NCBI RefSeq assembly: GCF_018977255.1
Contig: NW_024704743.1
Coordinates: forward strand, 70,744,001 to 70,808,000
Source: Callorhinchus milii
Lineage: Eukaryota
Length of the DNA: 64,000 nt
Direction of reading: 5' to 3'
Positions 52,871 to 64,000 of the stretch are shown one piece after another. Under the pieces are notes generated by a model. The model did no database searches. It was not told where the DNA came from and saw only the letters and a list, made by a program, of their open reading frames with translations. A program made the position numbers and the translations under genes. The stretch's first letter is position 1, and each line of letters begins with the position of its first letter.

Positions 52871-53263
52871 CATGTGCAATATTAGCAAACCACATTTGCT
52901 GCATTTTTTGTAGCAATTAACCTTTCGCAGGCATTTTTCTAACTTTTTTTTTAGCTTTGCCCACTCGGGACTCAGGATTTGCTGGCTGCAAATCTAACAC
53001 ATCAAAGTCACAAACTCAAAATTGGAATTAATGCAGCAAATCGAGTTTGTGAATGTCACAGATTCAACCCCCTGCTTGTTTTTACAGCAGGTTTGGTTAG
53101 CAAAAATAGTTAATATTGACTTATATAAATGATATTAACAAAGTTGTCAAGCAAGCTGATGTCACAACACACTAATAAGTGCTCACTTCAGGTAATGAAT
53201 AAAATATTCCTTAAAGATCAAAGAATTTAAAAATAAATGAACTTCAGCCTTCATCAGTGGAGT

Positions 53264-53589
53264 GGAGTCCTGTAGCTCAGTGGTTAGAGCACTCGCTTTG
53301 CAAGTGAGAGACCTGAGTTCAATTCCAGGCAGGGCGAAACCTTGGGCAAGTTTCCTTACTCCACACGCCTAATAATAATCCCTCCAAAAAAACAAAAACA
53401 ATAATAAATTGGTCATTTTCAATCTACGACTGTTTGTGGGACATTGCTGTGCGCAATTGGCTGCCGCGTTCGCCCACAAATATACAGTCAATTCACTTTA
53501 CAGTCTATTCTGTGAAGCGCTTTGGGACGTCCTCCCGACGTGAAAAGCGCTATATCAAATGCAAGGATTATTATTATTATTATTATTAT
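53264..53589 (+). mobile_element. Young tRNA(Ala-like)-headed DeuSINE, short variant
   Basis: Near-identical to 18688-19007. Confidence 0.9.
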
Positions 53590-54729
53590 CAGCTGCAAGA
53601 ACCATTTCTAGTGGCAATGAATGCCAAGTAACTCTGTAATTGTCAGTTGACATGGCAAGCGTGGGATCAGCTGCTCAGATAAACATCTCGGATTAGTAAA
53701 GCTGTAAACACTTGAATGATTCATTTTGTTTTGGTTAGAATGCAGATTCATCTCAAAATTGAACCTGAACTTTTGTTTTGATGAAACTTTAATCAATGGC
53801 ATTGTTAAAGTTTGCCTTTTTGTTTTGTTAGGGAAAGGGCCAAATTATTTTTTCCTCTCTCCTTTTTTCCCCTTTTCAAGTATCCCTTACAACACATACA
53901 AATTTTCCAGCCTGGGAAATTAACCATCGCAGCTTCAGGGACATAGGAACAGAATAGACCATTCGGACCATCAAACCTTTTTGTTATTTTATCAGGTCAT
54001 GGCAAATCACCGGGTTTTATAATCTTATACTCTTATGATTCTTATATCTGGCATGTTTGTGTTGAATCAGATAACAATTTATAGCCAAACTAACACTATT
54101 AACAAAGGATGAGCAGCGTGAATCACAATGGATTCTGTTCCTGACACAACCTGGATGAAGTGGTCACCAGGGGGCAACAGGCCCAACCATTTCACTGAAG
54201 GCATAGCGAGGGAATATTCATCTCCAAAACCATTCAATTACTATCGACTCAAATTAGTATGTTTCATAGCAGATGTGGTGTGGTGACTACCAGACTGCCA
54301 GATTACCAGAGAAACAATCAAGCCTCCATGGCATCCTCATGCGTAAGGCTAACTTCATGTACACACCCATCTGTAAGCTGCACCATCTGAAACACCAAAA
54401 GTAACTTGGTTCATTTTGGTTTTATAAAAAAAATTAGGGAGAAAATGGCTGTTTACCAATTTATTTTCACCATAAAGCATGTATTGTTTGGTGAAATTTG
54501 ATTAAAAACAACTTAAGTGACTAATTACTATCTTCCTTGAGTATATGTGTGTGTGTGGTGGGGGGTGGGGTGTGTGGAAACATAAGCAAGGTCTCCTTGG
54601 AGCTGAGGAGGCACTAACAACAACAACAACTTGTGTTTATATAGCGGCCCTCATGCAAGGTAACGAGTCAGAGCACTTGGCAGTGGCAGAGCACAAACCC
54701 AAGCCGGGGCGAGAGGGAGGTGACCATAG

Positions 54730-57010
54730 GAGATTGGTTTGAGTGGGAACAGAGTGAGACTTCAGTGAAGGAATTAAGTGAGAGTAGGAATTCAGTGCAG
54801 AGAGGGAGGAGGTACTTATATAAAAAAATAAAGAATATGACATTACAGGCAGTGTCGAGACTGCAGAATGCAGGAAATTGCAGACAGTAACACTGTCCCA
54901 GGAATGCCTATGTTTTGAGTCACTCCGGCTCAGTCTTTGAGCTGCAGTGAGCATTAGAGACACTCCGACACATAAGGGAGGTATTTTTGCCCACAAAATA
55001 TACAGTCAATTCACTTTGCAGTATATTCTGTGAAGCGCTTTCAGACATCTCAAAGACATGATGAGGTGCTATATCAAATGCAAGGATTATTATTATAAGT
55101 ATTCAAAGAAAAATTTGGTACAATACAAAACCAGTACATACCCCTAAAACACAAATGCTCCACTTGTGTAGTTCAACAACCATGGTCGACAAATGAGGTA
55201 AGAGGTAGAATCAAACTAAAAGAAAAGTCTTACACTAATACAAGAAAAAGTGGAAATCCAGCAGACTGGGAGACTTAAAAAAAACAAAGAAATACAAAGA
55301 AAGTAATAAGAAGTGCAAAAGGGGAATATGAGAAAAAAAACATGCAAGGGATGTCAAGGGCAACAGTGAAAGCTTTTATAAATATAATATTAGAAACAGA
55401 GTGTAAAGGGGAATATGGGCCCATTAAAAACAGATGTAGATGAGACTATAATGAACAATAAGGAAATGGCAGGCTTGTTGAATGAATACTTTGCTTCCGT
55501 TTTCACAGCAGAGGAAGAGGACAAAATACCATTGGTACAAGATAGCCTAAAAATAAACCAAGGAGAAATGCTAAATGGATTTAATATAAATTTATAAAAT
55601 GGTAATGGAGAAAATAATTGTACTAAAGATAGACAAATCAGGACCTGATAGATTCCACTCTCGGGTATTAAAATAAGTAAGGGAGGAAATTGCAGATGCG
55701 TTAGTCATAATATTCCGAAGTGCTCTATCTTCGGGAATTGTACCCTTGGATTGGAGAATTGCAAATGTCACTCCATTATTTAAGAAGCGAAGGAGGGGAA
55801 AAATAAGTAACTACAGACCTGTCAGCTTAACTTCGGATTTGTGAAAGTTAGATCATGTCTGATGAATCTAATTGAATTTTTTGAGGAGGTCACTAACATG
55901 GTGGATAAGAGTGTCTATGGATGTCGTCTACATGGACTTCCAGAAGGCATTTGATAAGGTTCCGCACAAGAGGTTATTAGCAAAAATAAAAGTGCATAGA
56001 ATCAAAGGTAACCTTGGTAATCGGTTGGGAGCCAGAAAACAGGCAGGGAGAAAAGGAATGTTCTCTGATTGGTGCAGTGTGACAAGTGGTGCTCCCCAGG
56101 AGTCTGTACTGGAGCCTCAGCTTTTCATCAAAGATATATATAAATGACTTGGATGAAGGAATAGAGAATTTTATATCCAAATTTGCAGATAACACAAAGT
56201 TAGGAGGGACAGGAATTTGTGTAGATGATAGCAGGAAGTTACAAAGGGACTTAGGATAGATTAAGTGAGTGGGCAAAACTGTGCCAGGTGAAATTCAATG
56301 TGGGGAAGTGTGAGGTCATTCATTATGGATCCACCTACATAAGTCATTAAAAACAAGCTCACAGAAAGTTATAAAAAAGGCTAATGGGATGCTGGCCTTT
56401 ATCTCAAGGGGACTGGATTATAAAGGAGAGGAAATTATGTTTCAACTGTATAGAGCCTTGGTCGACCCCACCTGTCTTCAGTTTTGGGCACTGCACCTCA
56501 GGAAGGATATATTGTCTCTGGAAGGGATGCAACACAGATTCACCAGAATGATACTAGGGCTTAAAGGGTTAAATTTGAGAACAGGTTGCATACACATGGT
56601 CTCTATTCCCTTGAGTTTAGAAGGTTGAGGGGTGATGTTATTGAGATTTTTAAAATAATAAAGGGATTCTATAGAGTAGATACAGAGAAACTATTTCCTC
56701 TGGTGGGGAATCCAGAACAAGCGGGCATCATCTTAAAATTAGAGCCAGGCCATTTAGGAGTGAAATTATGAGGCAGTTTTTCACCCAAAGGATAGTGGCA
56801 ATCTGGGTCTCTCTCTCCCAAAAGGCTGTGGATGCTGGATCCATTCACATCTTCAAGATGGGGGTGGATAGATATTTGTTAGGTCAGGGTATTAAGGGAT
56901 ATGGGGCAAGGGCGGATAATTGGATTTGAGGTTCAGATCAGCCATGATCTTATAGAATGGGGAACAGGCTCGAGGAGCTGAATAGCCTACTTCTGTTTCA
57001 TGTTTCTATT
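54730..57010 (+). mobile_element. Decayed CR1 LINE with ORF1 start and ORF2 RT, internally deleted; SINE fragment at ~54985-55097
   Basis: ORF1-like CRDCRMQEIADSNTVPG..ESLRL..LETLRHIRE (54850-54980); ORF2 NNKEMAGLLNEYFASVFT, MDVVYMDFQKAFDKVPHKRLL, RRLRGDVIEIFKI; CR1 3' UTR to ~57010. Confidence 0.9.
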
Positions 57011-58452
57011 TCCTCACACATTCTTTCACTATACAAATCCTGTCTCGTTTGATTTATTTGTGAGCCTTCAGTTCTTTTGAGTTTCTTTATGACTTTTGCT
57101 CTCCATACTTACTTATAGAGTATTAACCTGTTGGTTATAAAGCTCTAAAGTGCTTTACATGTCTGAGAATTATCACAAATTTGAACTTGAAGTTGGTGAA
57201 TGATTCCCTTTAGTGCTGCCAGGGAACTGACAAAGCTACTCCAATATCCCAGTCATTGAAATCCGAAATCAACAAAAGTAGCGGTTAATGGTTTCATTCA
57301 GCTTTGAGCCAAACCCTTCTGTCAAATTCACGAGTGGTGGTGTTCATACCCAAAGCAAACAGGCTTGAGGGGGTAAATGGCCTACTCCTGTTTCTTTGTT
57401 TTTAAGAATTTGGTGGCCGGTAACATTTGGATGGACTTTGGCTTTCTAAGCCAAGGTTAGTAGGAGGATATCAGGCAGACTGCTATTTCTTTTAGACGGT
57501 CAAATCTGTCAAAAAGAATTTGTATAACTATTCATCACCTGCTTGGTTGGCTATGTGCCAATTCTGATTTAAGGGACTTTCTATTGAGCTTCATCTAGGT
57601 AAATAAATGAGCAAAATCATTAAATAAGAAAAAACAAACAGGTGGAAAGCAAGGCATTTTCTGATTCATGCAGATATCTAAGAGAAAATCCAAGAGATTG
57701 GATTTCTGGCAGTGCTTGTCCATTGTTCTCACCACACTGTAGTTACACATACAGCTGCACATACTGCTTGTGGTACGGATAGCTTGCACAATGGATGATG
57801 TTTGAAAAGAAAAATGCAAAAATATGCCATTTAGATATCAGAGCCACAAATTTGGAAGTGATGAGTGCTGTGCTGTTCCCATGACTTGATTTCTGTCACA
57901 TTCTGAACACTGGAGCCAGACATTGAAAAAGACAGTTTACTGGAGATTGATTGCTCTTGTCAAATCTATCGAAACACCATTGCCCTGGAAATTTTCACTA
58001 GTTTCCATCAATTCTAACAATCACTGGTTAATTACCTCAGCCTGCTGTTTATTATGCAAGTCCTGCAAATAAATACTTATTAGGGTTAAAAAAAGGATTG
58101 TTTATAGTAATTGCCAGCTAGTACCTGGAAAACAAACTCTGGCTGAAAACATATCCTGCTCCCACTGAGTTGTCTCAATGGTCTCTGATGTGTTGGTATT
58201 GTTATTGGAAATTACAATACTGCTAATTCCTATACCTATTGGGAAAGATTGACATGGGGTCTAAATTGCAGTATTTTCTAAATGGGTCTCTTATTGATTT
58301 ATTCGCCTCATGCCTGTTTGTGAGCAAAATGGCTGCCATGTTTGTCTACAAGTGAGAGAGATTGGAGGATAGCAGTAAGAAATGGATCACCTATCAGGTT
58401 TTTCATAATAGGAAATAACACAAAATAAAACAATATACAATGAAAAAATCAA

Positions 58453-58730
58453 GCACCTATCACTGTCACTCACACCACTTGCCAAGTCATCAACCACTGC
58501 CATTCACACCGCTTGCCAAGCCATCAACCACTGCCACTCACACCGCTTGCCAAGCCATCAACCACTGCCACTCACACCGCTTGCCAAGCCATCAACCACT
58601 GCCACTCACACCGCTTGCCAAGCCATCAACCACTGCCACTCACACCGCTTGCCAAGCCATCAACCACTGCCACTCACACCGCTTGCCAAGCCATCAACCA
58701 CTGCCACTCACACCGCTTGCCAAGCCATCA
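58453..58730 (+). repeat. 34-bp minisatellite, ~8 copies
   Basis: Unit ccatcaaccactgccactcacaccgcttgccaag: six perfect copies at 58521-58724, two degenerate copies upstream and a partial copy at the end. Confidence 0.97.
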
Positions 58731-59599
58731 GAAGCCTCCCAGTCGGTTACATGAATTTCCTCCATTGTACAGCAAAGTGTCATTTCCACGCTTGACTTAC
58801 TGACTTCATAGTTATTTAAACGGTTAAACAATACATCATTGTAAGGAACAACTCGCTTGCTAGTCGGGTGTAAGCTTTAACCCGTTGCCTTAGACCCCAT
58901 TTATATTATAATAATCATAATAATCCTTGCATTTGATATAGTGCCTTACCACATCTTCAAGACACTTAAAACGCTTCACAGAATATACTGTAAAGTGAAT
59001 TGACTGTGTATTTTGTGGGACATTGCAGGATTTTAGCAGTTAATTCAAGGTTGTAAATGTTCCTCCACCCAGAATACAACATGTCTTTCTCCTTATTTTA
59101 TCACTGAGAATTATCTGGCATTGGGGTGCGAAATGGCTCAGGCTAATAATGACAGGCCTCTAAGGACAGGAAACTAATAACAAGTCACTAATGCGGTCCA
59201 GAATGTGGGAGATCAACCCACCAGCAGAGTTACTATCCTCACTTGCTTTTCCATTCAAGAACTGTTATGAAATCAGCTGAGAGCAAATACTGAAATCTCA
59301 TTCCCTTGTTAAAACCCCTTGTTAAGCATGTCCATTGACACTCATTTGAAATTCTGTAGCTTTAAAGGTACATCATCATGTATGTTAGTAGAGTCAGGTT
59401 TTATTTGGCGTTAATGAGATTGTAGTCATGGAACTGACATAAAGGAGCAAAGCATGCTGTTTGTTTCCATTCCCATTTGATTCACGTGAAAGACGCTATA
59501 CAAATGCAATTTTGTTGTTGTTGAAGCTATTGAAGAACAAAGTGTTGACGTTTGCACAAAGCTGAAAGCTGCTAACATTCTCCAGAGTTAATGTTTGTC

Positions 59600-61010
59600 A
59601 ACAAACCTGACCAACCCTATAGAAGGGTGAGAAACTGAAGTAGAGCTTGTTGATATAGTAGTAAACAAAGGCAAAACTTGTACAAATCTGAACTGCCCCC
59701 AAAGAATGTCTAAAACGCAGTGGGAGATTAAAGCAGGCAAAGGATACCTGACCTCACTTCATTCATTCACTCCACCATCCATCAAGCATAGAGACTTCAG
59801 TTAAAAGTGACCACTTAAAATGCAAGACCTCCCCAAATGAACTGGGATGCTCTAATAATGTGGCTACTATTGGGAATTTGTGTTTGGGTAAGTTTAAAAA
59901 CAGGTGCAAACCAGAATGAAAGAGATTCAGAATGTAAGATGAGAGAAGAGTGAAGTTGAAAGGGGATGTAAAATGTCCAAATGCTACTAAATATAGATAC
60001 AGATAAAGCTGGGCCACCACGTATAACAAATGTCCTCCATGGAACTCCTCCATCTAAGCTGGTCGTTCCTTTGCTGTGAAGACATTTTGAATGTTTCTGG
60101 CTGGGTTCGATGGTTTGTCCTGAATCTTTAATGATACTGCTGACCCCTGCAAATGGGTGCTAAGATTTCTAAAAGGACTTGTTTACATTCATGGAGATGG
60201 TATGTAAGAGGCACAGATGGACAGAAGAGACTGCCCCTCATGTTACTTATTCTGGACTAAACGGTTACCAGTACCACATAGTAACACCAATACTGGAACA
60301 CATCTCCATACAAATAAGCTATACTCAAGCTGTACAGTTTTCTGAATAAGCTGCACTTAAGAGTAGTGTGTACAGTTATGCTCGTCTTGGCATAAGGAAG
60401 CCCCAAAACTCTGAAACACTCCCCCTCAATCGCCTAGACCTGGACTCATTTAAGAAATATGTTGATGTTGGGATGGTTTGTATTCTTAAAGGATGAGATC
60501 AAATGGCAAAGAGACATTCTCCATCTTTTCTAAGTACCTAATAATCTTTGTGAGCAAAGAACTCAGAGTTCAATGGCAAAGGTCTGCATTCCTTCACCAT
60601 GATTGCCTGCTGAAACGTTAAAGCTGACCATGACTGATTCTCGGACCCATGAATGACTCAAATATTGTCGTATGTCACCTCTGGGGGTCCTCTCATTGAA
60701 TGCAGGTTTAATTTTTAAACATAAAGCAAGTCGTCCCTGACTGAGTGAAGCCCTGAGAAACAATGAAGGTTGGTGACGGCCTCCAACCTGCTGGTGACCA
60801 AGAGGAATGGCCCTACGACAAACACCAAAATGAAGCTTGTAGTTTGGTCCAGGGGAGGAGATGTGCCTGTGTAAATCAGCTTGGCATGCCTGACAAAGCT
60901 GAATCTGGATGAGGAATAGGCAGGGAGTTGTTATACTTTGCACATGGTTAACCAGTTTATGTTCAATAAAGTTATGTTATTTGTTTGTGACAATACCCCA
61001 TTACCTGCTA
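59600..61010 (+). mobile_element. Probable decayed endogenous retrovirus remnant (integrase C-terminus, env, possible 3' LTR)
   Basis: AKDT*PHFIH (~59740-59768); signal-peptide-like MNWDALIMWLLLGICVWV from 59837; GLVYIHGDGM*...SCYLFW (60175-60255); ISD-like LNRLDLDSFKKYVDVGMVCILKG (60425-60493); AATAAA at 60965-60970. Confidence 0.5.
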
Positions 61011-61109
61011 CAGTACATTAACTCACCCATCAATCCTTATTCATTGCAATTTGCCGTCCTTGCTAAAGTCAGCATCATCATTTTGCACAATAAATTATGC
61101 TCAAATTTT

Positions 61110-61660
61110 GCTGTCAGTTCATCTCCTTAGACCACACCGTCTAGTAACTTTAAAGATGGTGGCTATGCTCTCACGTATATTTATGCTGAGCTGTGTTGCC
61201 CATCAGGAAACTTGCAGGGAGTTCCTGGTACTTGCCATCCACCTAGTGAGGACTGAAACCTGCTTTTGTCAAATATCAAATGGCCAACTAGTGACTGTCC
61301 TCCTTGGGGGGGGGAGGTAAGACGGATCTTCTTGGAGCTGAACTAGCTCCAAGGTGACATTTTGGTAATGGATTGTCAGAAATTAGCCCACCCTCTGTGG
61401 CGGTCTCAGTAGTCAGTTCCTAAGGCACGTGGGGCCTCAGTATTCCAGGACACTGCTGATGACAACACAGCCAGGTTGGCTCATCAGCTGGACTTCGAAG
61501 TGCAAACCAGTCACTGGGGCCAGGGAGTCATCCCACTCAGCTCCTGTAACGCTGCAAGCCAAAGCCCTAACTAGTAGGGTCCTAGCTGGAAAAGCAGCAG
61601 GAAAGCTTGCCAGACAGTGCTATCACTGGCAAGCTATGTGGTTTTAGCTGGTTAGATGCC
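61110..61660 (+). mobile_element. Fragment of the same unusual LINE (C-terminus and 3' region)
   Basis: IFMLSCVAHQETCREFLVLAIHLVRTET...LVTVLLGG. Shares ctccaaggtgacat, cccactcagctcctgt and gtcctagctgga blocks with the copies at 25501 and 30480. Confidence 0.65.
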
Positions 61661-62944
61661 ATTAGTCCTATTGTTAACAGGAATTCCAATCTTTGTGTGC
61701 ATCACTTAACTAAGATCAAATAGCAATGCAAATGAAGTGACTTTAAAGTGTATCTGCAACTTGCTTAAATTGCTACTGGCATGGAGCATTCTGAAAGCAT
61801 GGCTTGAGAGGATGTGTTTTATTGTGAAGTCTTTCCATTGAGACGCACTGAGCCTTTCTTCTAGTTTAAAATCTGGCCTCTAAGTAATGGTCGGACATAA
61901 CCCATTACTGAATAACAGTCACGTCTTCATTGTAGCAAATTGAACTCATCTGTTATTATTATATCAGATGTGATATTGTTCCACAACACAAAAAGAAGGC
62001 ATAAATAATGCTACTACATATGGGTGATTAAGGGACTGGTTTTGATTATTGGTACTCAAATAAATAAATTGTTTGGAAAATAGAGTTATAAATATGACTG
62101 ATCCCACCAACCTCAAATTATAGTATTTCACTGCTTTTAGGTCTGATGGCTTTGATACTTTAACTGGAAAGCTGCAGCATTATAGTAATCCAATGTTGCC
62201 AAAATACAGTATTTAATCTGCTTTGGTTCATACAAAGAATCATTCAAGGGGCAGTCAAATTTAGACAATTCACTAAATCCAAAGTATTTCAGTTTGCGCC
62301 AATTGCAATTCGATGAACAATTTTACATTATAGATCAAAATATATGAATGCTTGAACAATAATTGCTGCAAAACATTAATAATTAGACTCTATTGTATCT
62401 AGTTAAATGCCGTGTGCTGGTGCATGTGTTTTTGTCACTTAAATGGTCTCAAAAGGTTTCTGGTGTTTGGAGTTCCGAATATGCAGAAATCTCAGATGGC
62501 TGCTATCACTATGCATCCAGTGGTCGCTGTGCTGGGTTCAATGATTTCCATACATATCCCTTTTCCTCTCCAGCAAATATTTGACCCATGTGACTGGAGT
62601 ACCAGGTGTGGCTTCCACTATAATACAATGAAGTGTTTGGATTTAACCCCATTTTTCACAACTTGATCAATTGTGACAGGATGTTTGACATTGATTTAGA
62701 AACCTTGGACAGAAAATCTTCATGTTCTTAGGCTTAAGATCAAGATTGCATGGAGAAAAGACAGGTAATTAAAACTGAATGGACTCCTCTTTCAAAGAAT
62801 CAGCACAGATTGAATGGACTTTTTCTGCACTATAAGGTTCTATGGTTCTATATATACCATTACTCAACACAAGAACCAAAGTGGATGTTTTCAACTTACC
62901 AAAGGCAATGGTTTATATAATTCGCAAGATCACAAGATTGGTTC

Positions 62945-63390
62945 AGATACAATACAAATTTATATTTAAATAGCGTCTTTCACTTCGGGAGGATGTCCCA
63001 AGGCATTTAACAAAAACTGGCTTGGCAACCAAGTTGGCAGTGGGAGCTGAGCGTGTGGAGATGTAAAAGATTATCCAAAGCACAGTCAAAAATGAGATGG
63101 ATGTCGATGGAGGTGAGGGAGGGAATGAGTCAGAGGACCTCCGGGATAGAGATCCAAAGTGTGGGGGCAGATACACTGAAGATGGGGCTGATGGTAGATG
63201 GGTAGGGTGGGGTGGGGGAAATGAAGCAACAGAGCTCGCTAAGTGAAGAGAGCGGCTGGGCCGATAGGGTTTGAGGAAGTGGCATGGATCGGTTGGGGCA
63301 AGACCTTGGTGGGATTTAAAGGTGAAAACAAGGACCTTGAACTCGATCCACTGGAGAGTGGAGACCCAGTGGAGCTGGGTGAGGATGAAG
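62945..63390 (-). mobile_element. L2 3' fragment
   Basis: ctttcacttcgggaggatgtcccaaggc tail; caaggaccttgaactcgatcc motif. Confidence 0.75.
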
Positions 63391-63407
63391 AAAGCCTATT
63401 TATAAAT

Positions 63408-63620
63408 AATAATGATTATCCTTGCATTTGGTATAGATCTTATCACGTTATTGAGTCGTGTCAAAGCGCTTCACAGAATTTACTGCACACACCAATGTCT
63501 GCCCCACAAACAGCCATGAAGTGAATGACCAATTTTATTTGGAGTATTGTTGGCCAGGACACTGGGAGAAGCTCCCTTTTCTTTCCAAATCCTAGTGCCA
63601 TAGGATCTTTAAAGTCCATT
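63408..63620 (-). mobile_element. Older DeuSINE 3' half
   Basis: ccttgcatttggtatag..cccacaaacagcc..gttggccaggacac. Confidence 0.75.
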
Positions 63621-64000
63621 TGATCTCAAACTTCCAGAATGCTGTCTTCCCATCACAGCTTCAAGCTATTTTTTTTTAAATGAATCCATCATCCTTACTT
63701 CAACCATCCTCCTGGTAACCTGTTTCAGTCATTAATTACCCTCTGTCTTTTGCAACCCAACCTGTGTCCTCTTTTACTACTACCTCAGTGCATCCCAAGG
63801 AAATCTTGCCACTAATTAAAATACACCAATTCTGGTCCCTTTCAGTCTCAGTACAACTATATTACAGTATCAATTTAATTTTTTTATTAAAAGATTTGGC
63901 AGAATAGGTTGGTCGCTGATGAATAAAGAGGATATGCTCCAGGTCAATCCATGAACTCTGGTGAAAGTAAACCATGATTTTAAAACCACTTTCATCCAAT

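Noticed and set aside
53264..53335. Apparent tRNA-Ala(TGC) gene (also at 18688, 27411 and 6830-6903)
   Set aside because: The acceptor stem is not properly closed, and the sequence runs straight into a Deu body and L2-like tail. These are SINE heads.
58440..58803. Three overlapping His/Pro/Thr-rich ORFs, or a CRISPR-like array
   Set aside because: Artefact of a stop-free 34-bp minisatellite; there are no unique spacers.
59960..60160. TNF-receptor- or kringle-like Cys motifs (KCPNA..NKCPP..DPCK)
   Set aside because: Needs several ad hoc frameshifts and the Cys spacing does not fit. A retroviral env SU reading fits the neighbouring motifs better.

Overview
Vertebrate (eukaryotic) genomic DNA, most likely from a cartilaginous fish (shark or chimaera), judged from its Deu-domain tRNA-SINEs and CR1/L2 content. 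The whole window lies inside the + strand voltage-gated potassium channel gene KCNH8 (Kv12.1/ELK1). Five internal coding exons are present, equivalent to human exons 3-7 (end of PAS/PAC domain through S5), all with GT-AG sites and phases that join into one open frame. The introns are dense with 5'-truncated L2 and CR1 LINEs and two DeuSINE families. Less ordinary items: (1) a decayed antisense copy of the first coding exon of DCUN1D3 with its splice donor, inside a mosaic block in intron 5; (2) a third non-LTR retrotransposon family, neither CR1 nor L2, pieced together from about 11 fragments and several times inserted in DeuSINEs; (3) a probable endogenous-retrovirus integrase/env/LTR remnant; (4) two short locally templated insertions; (5) foldback MITE-like elements, a ~265-bp tandem duplication and a 34-bp minisatellite. 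Exon coordinates are exact. Repeat boundaries were read by eye and are approximate. Family names come from recalled motifs, not database searches.
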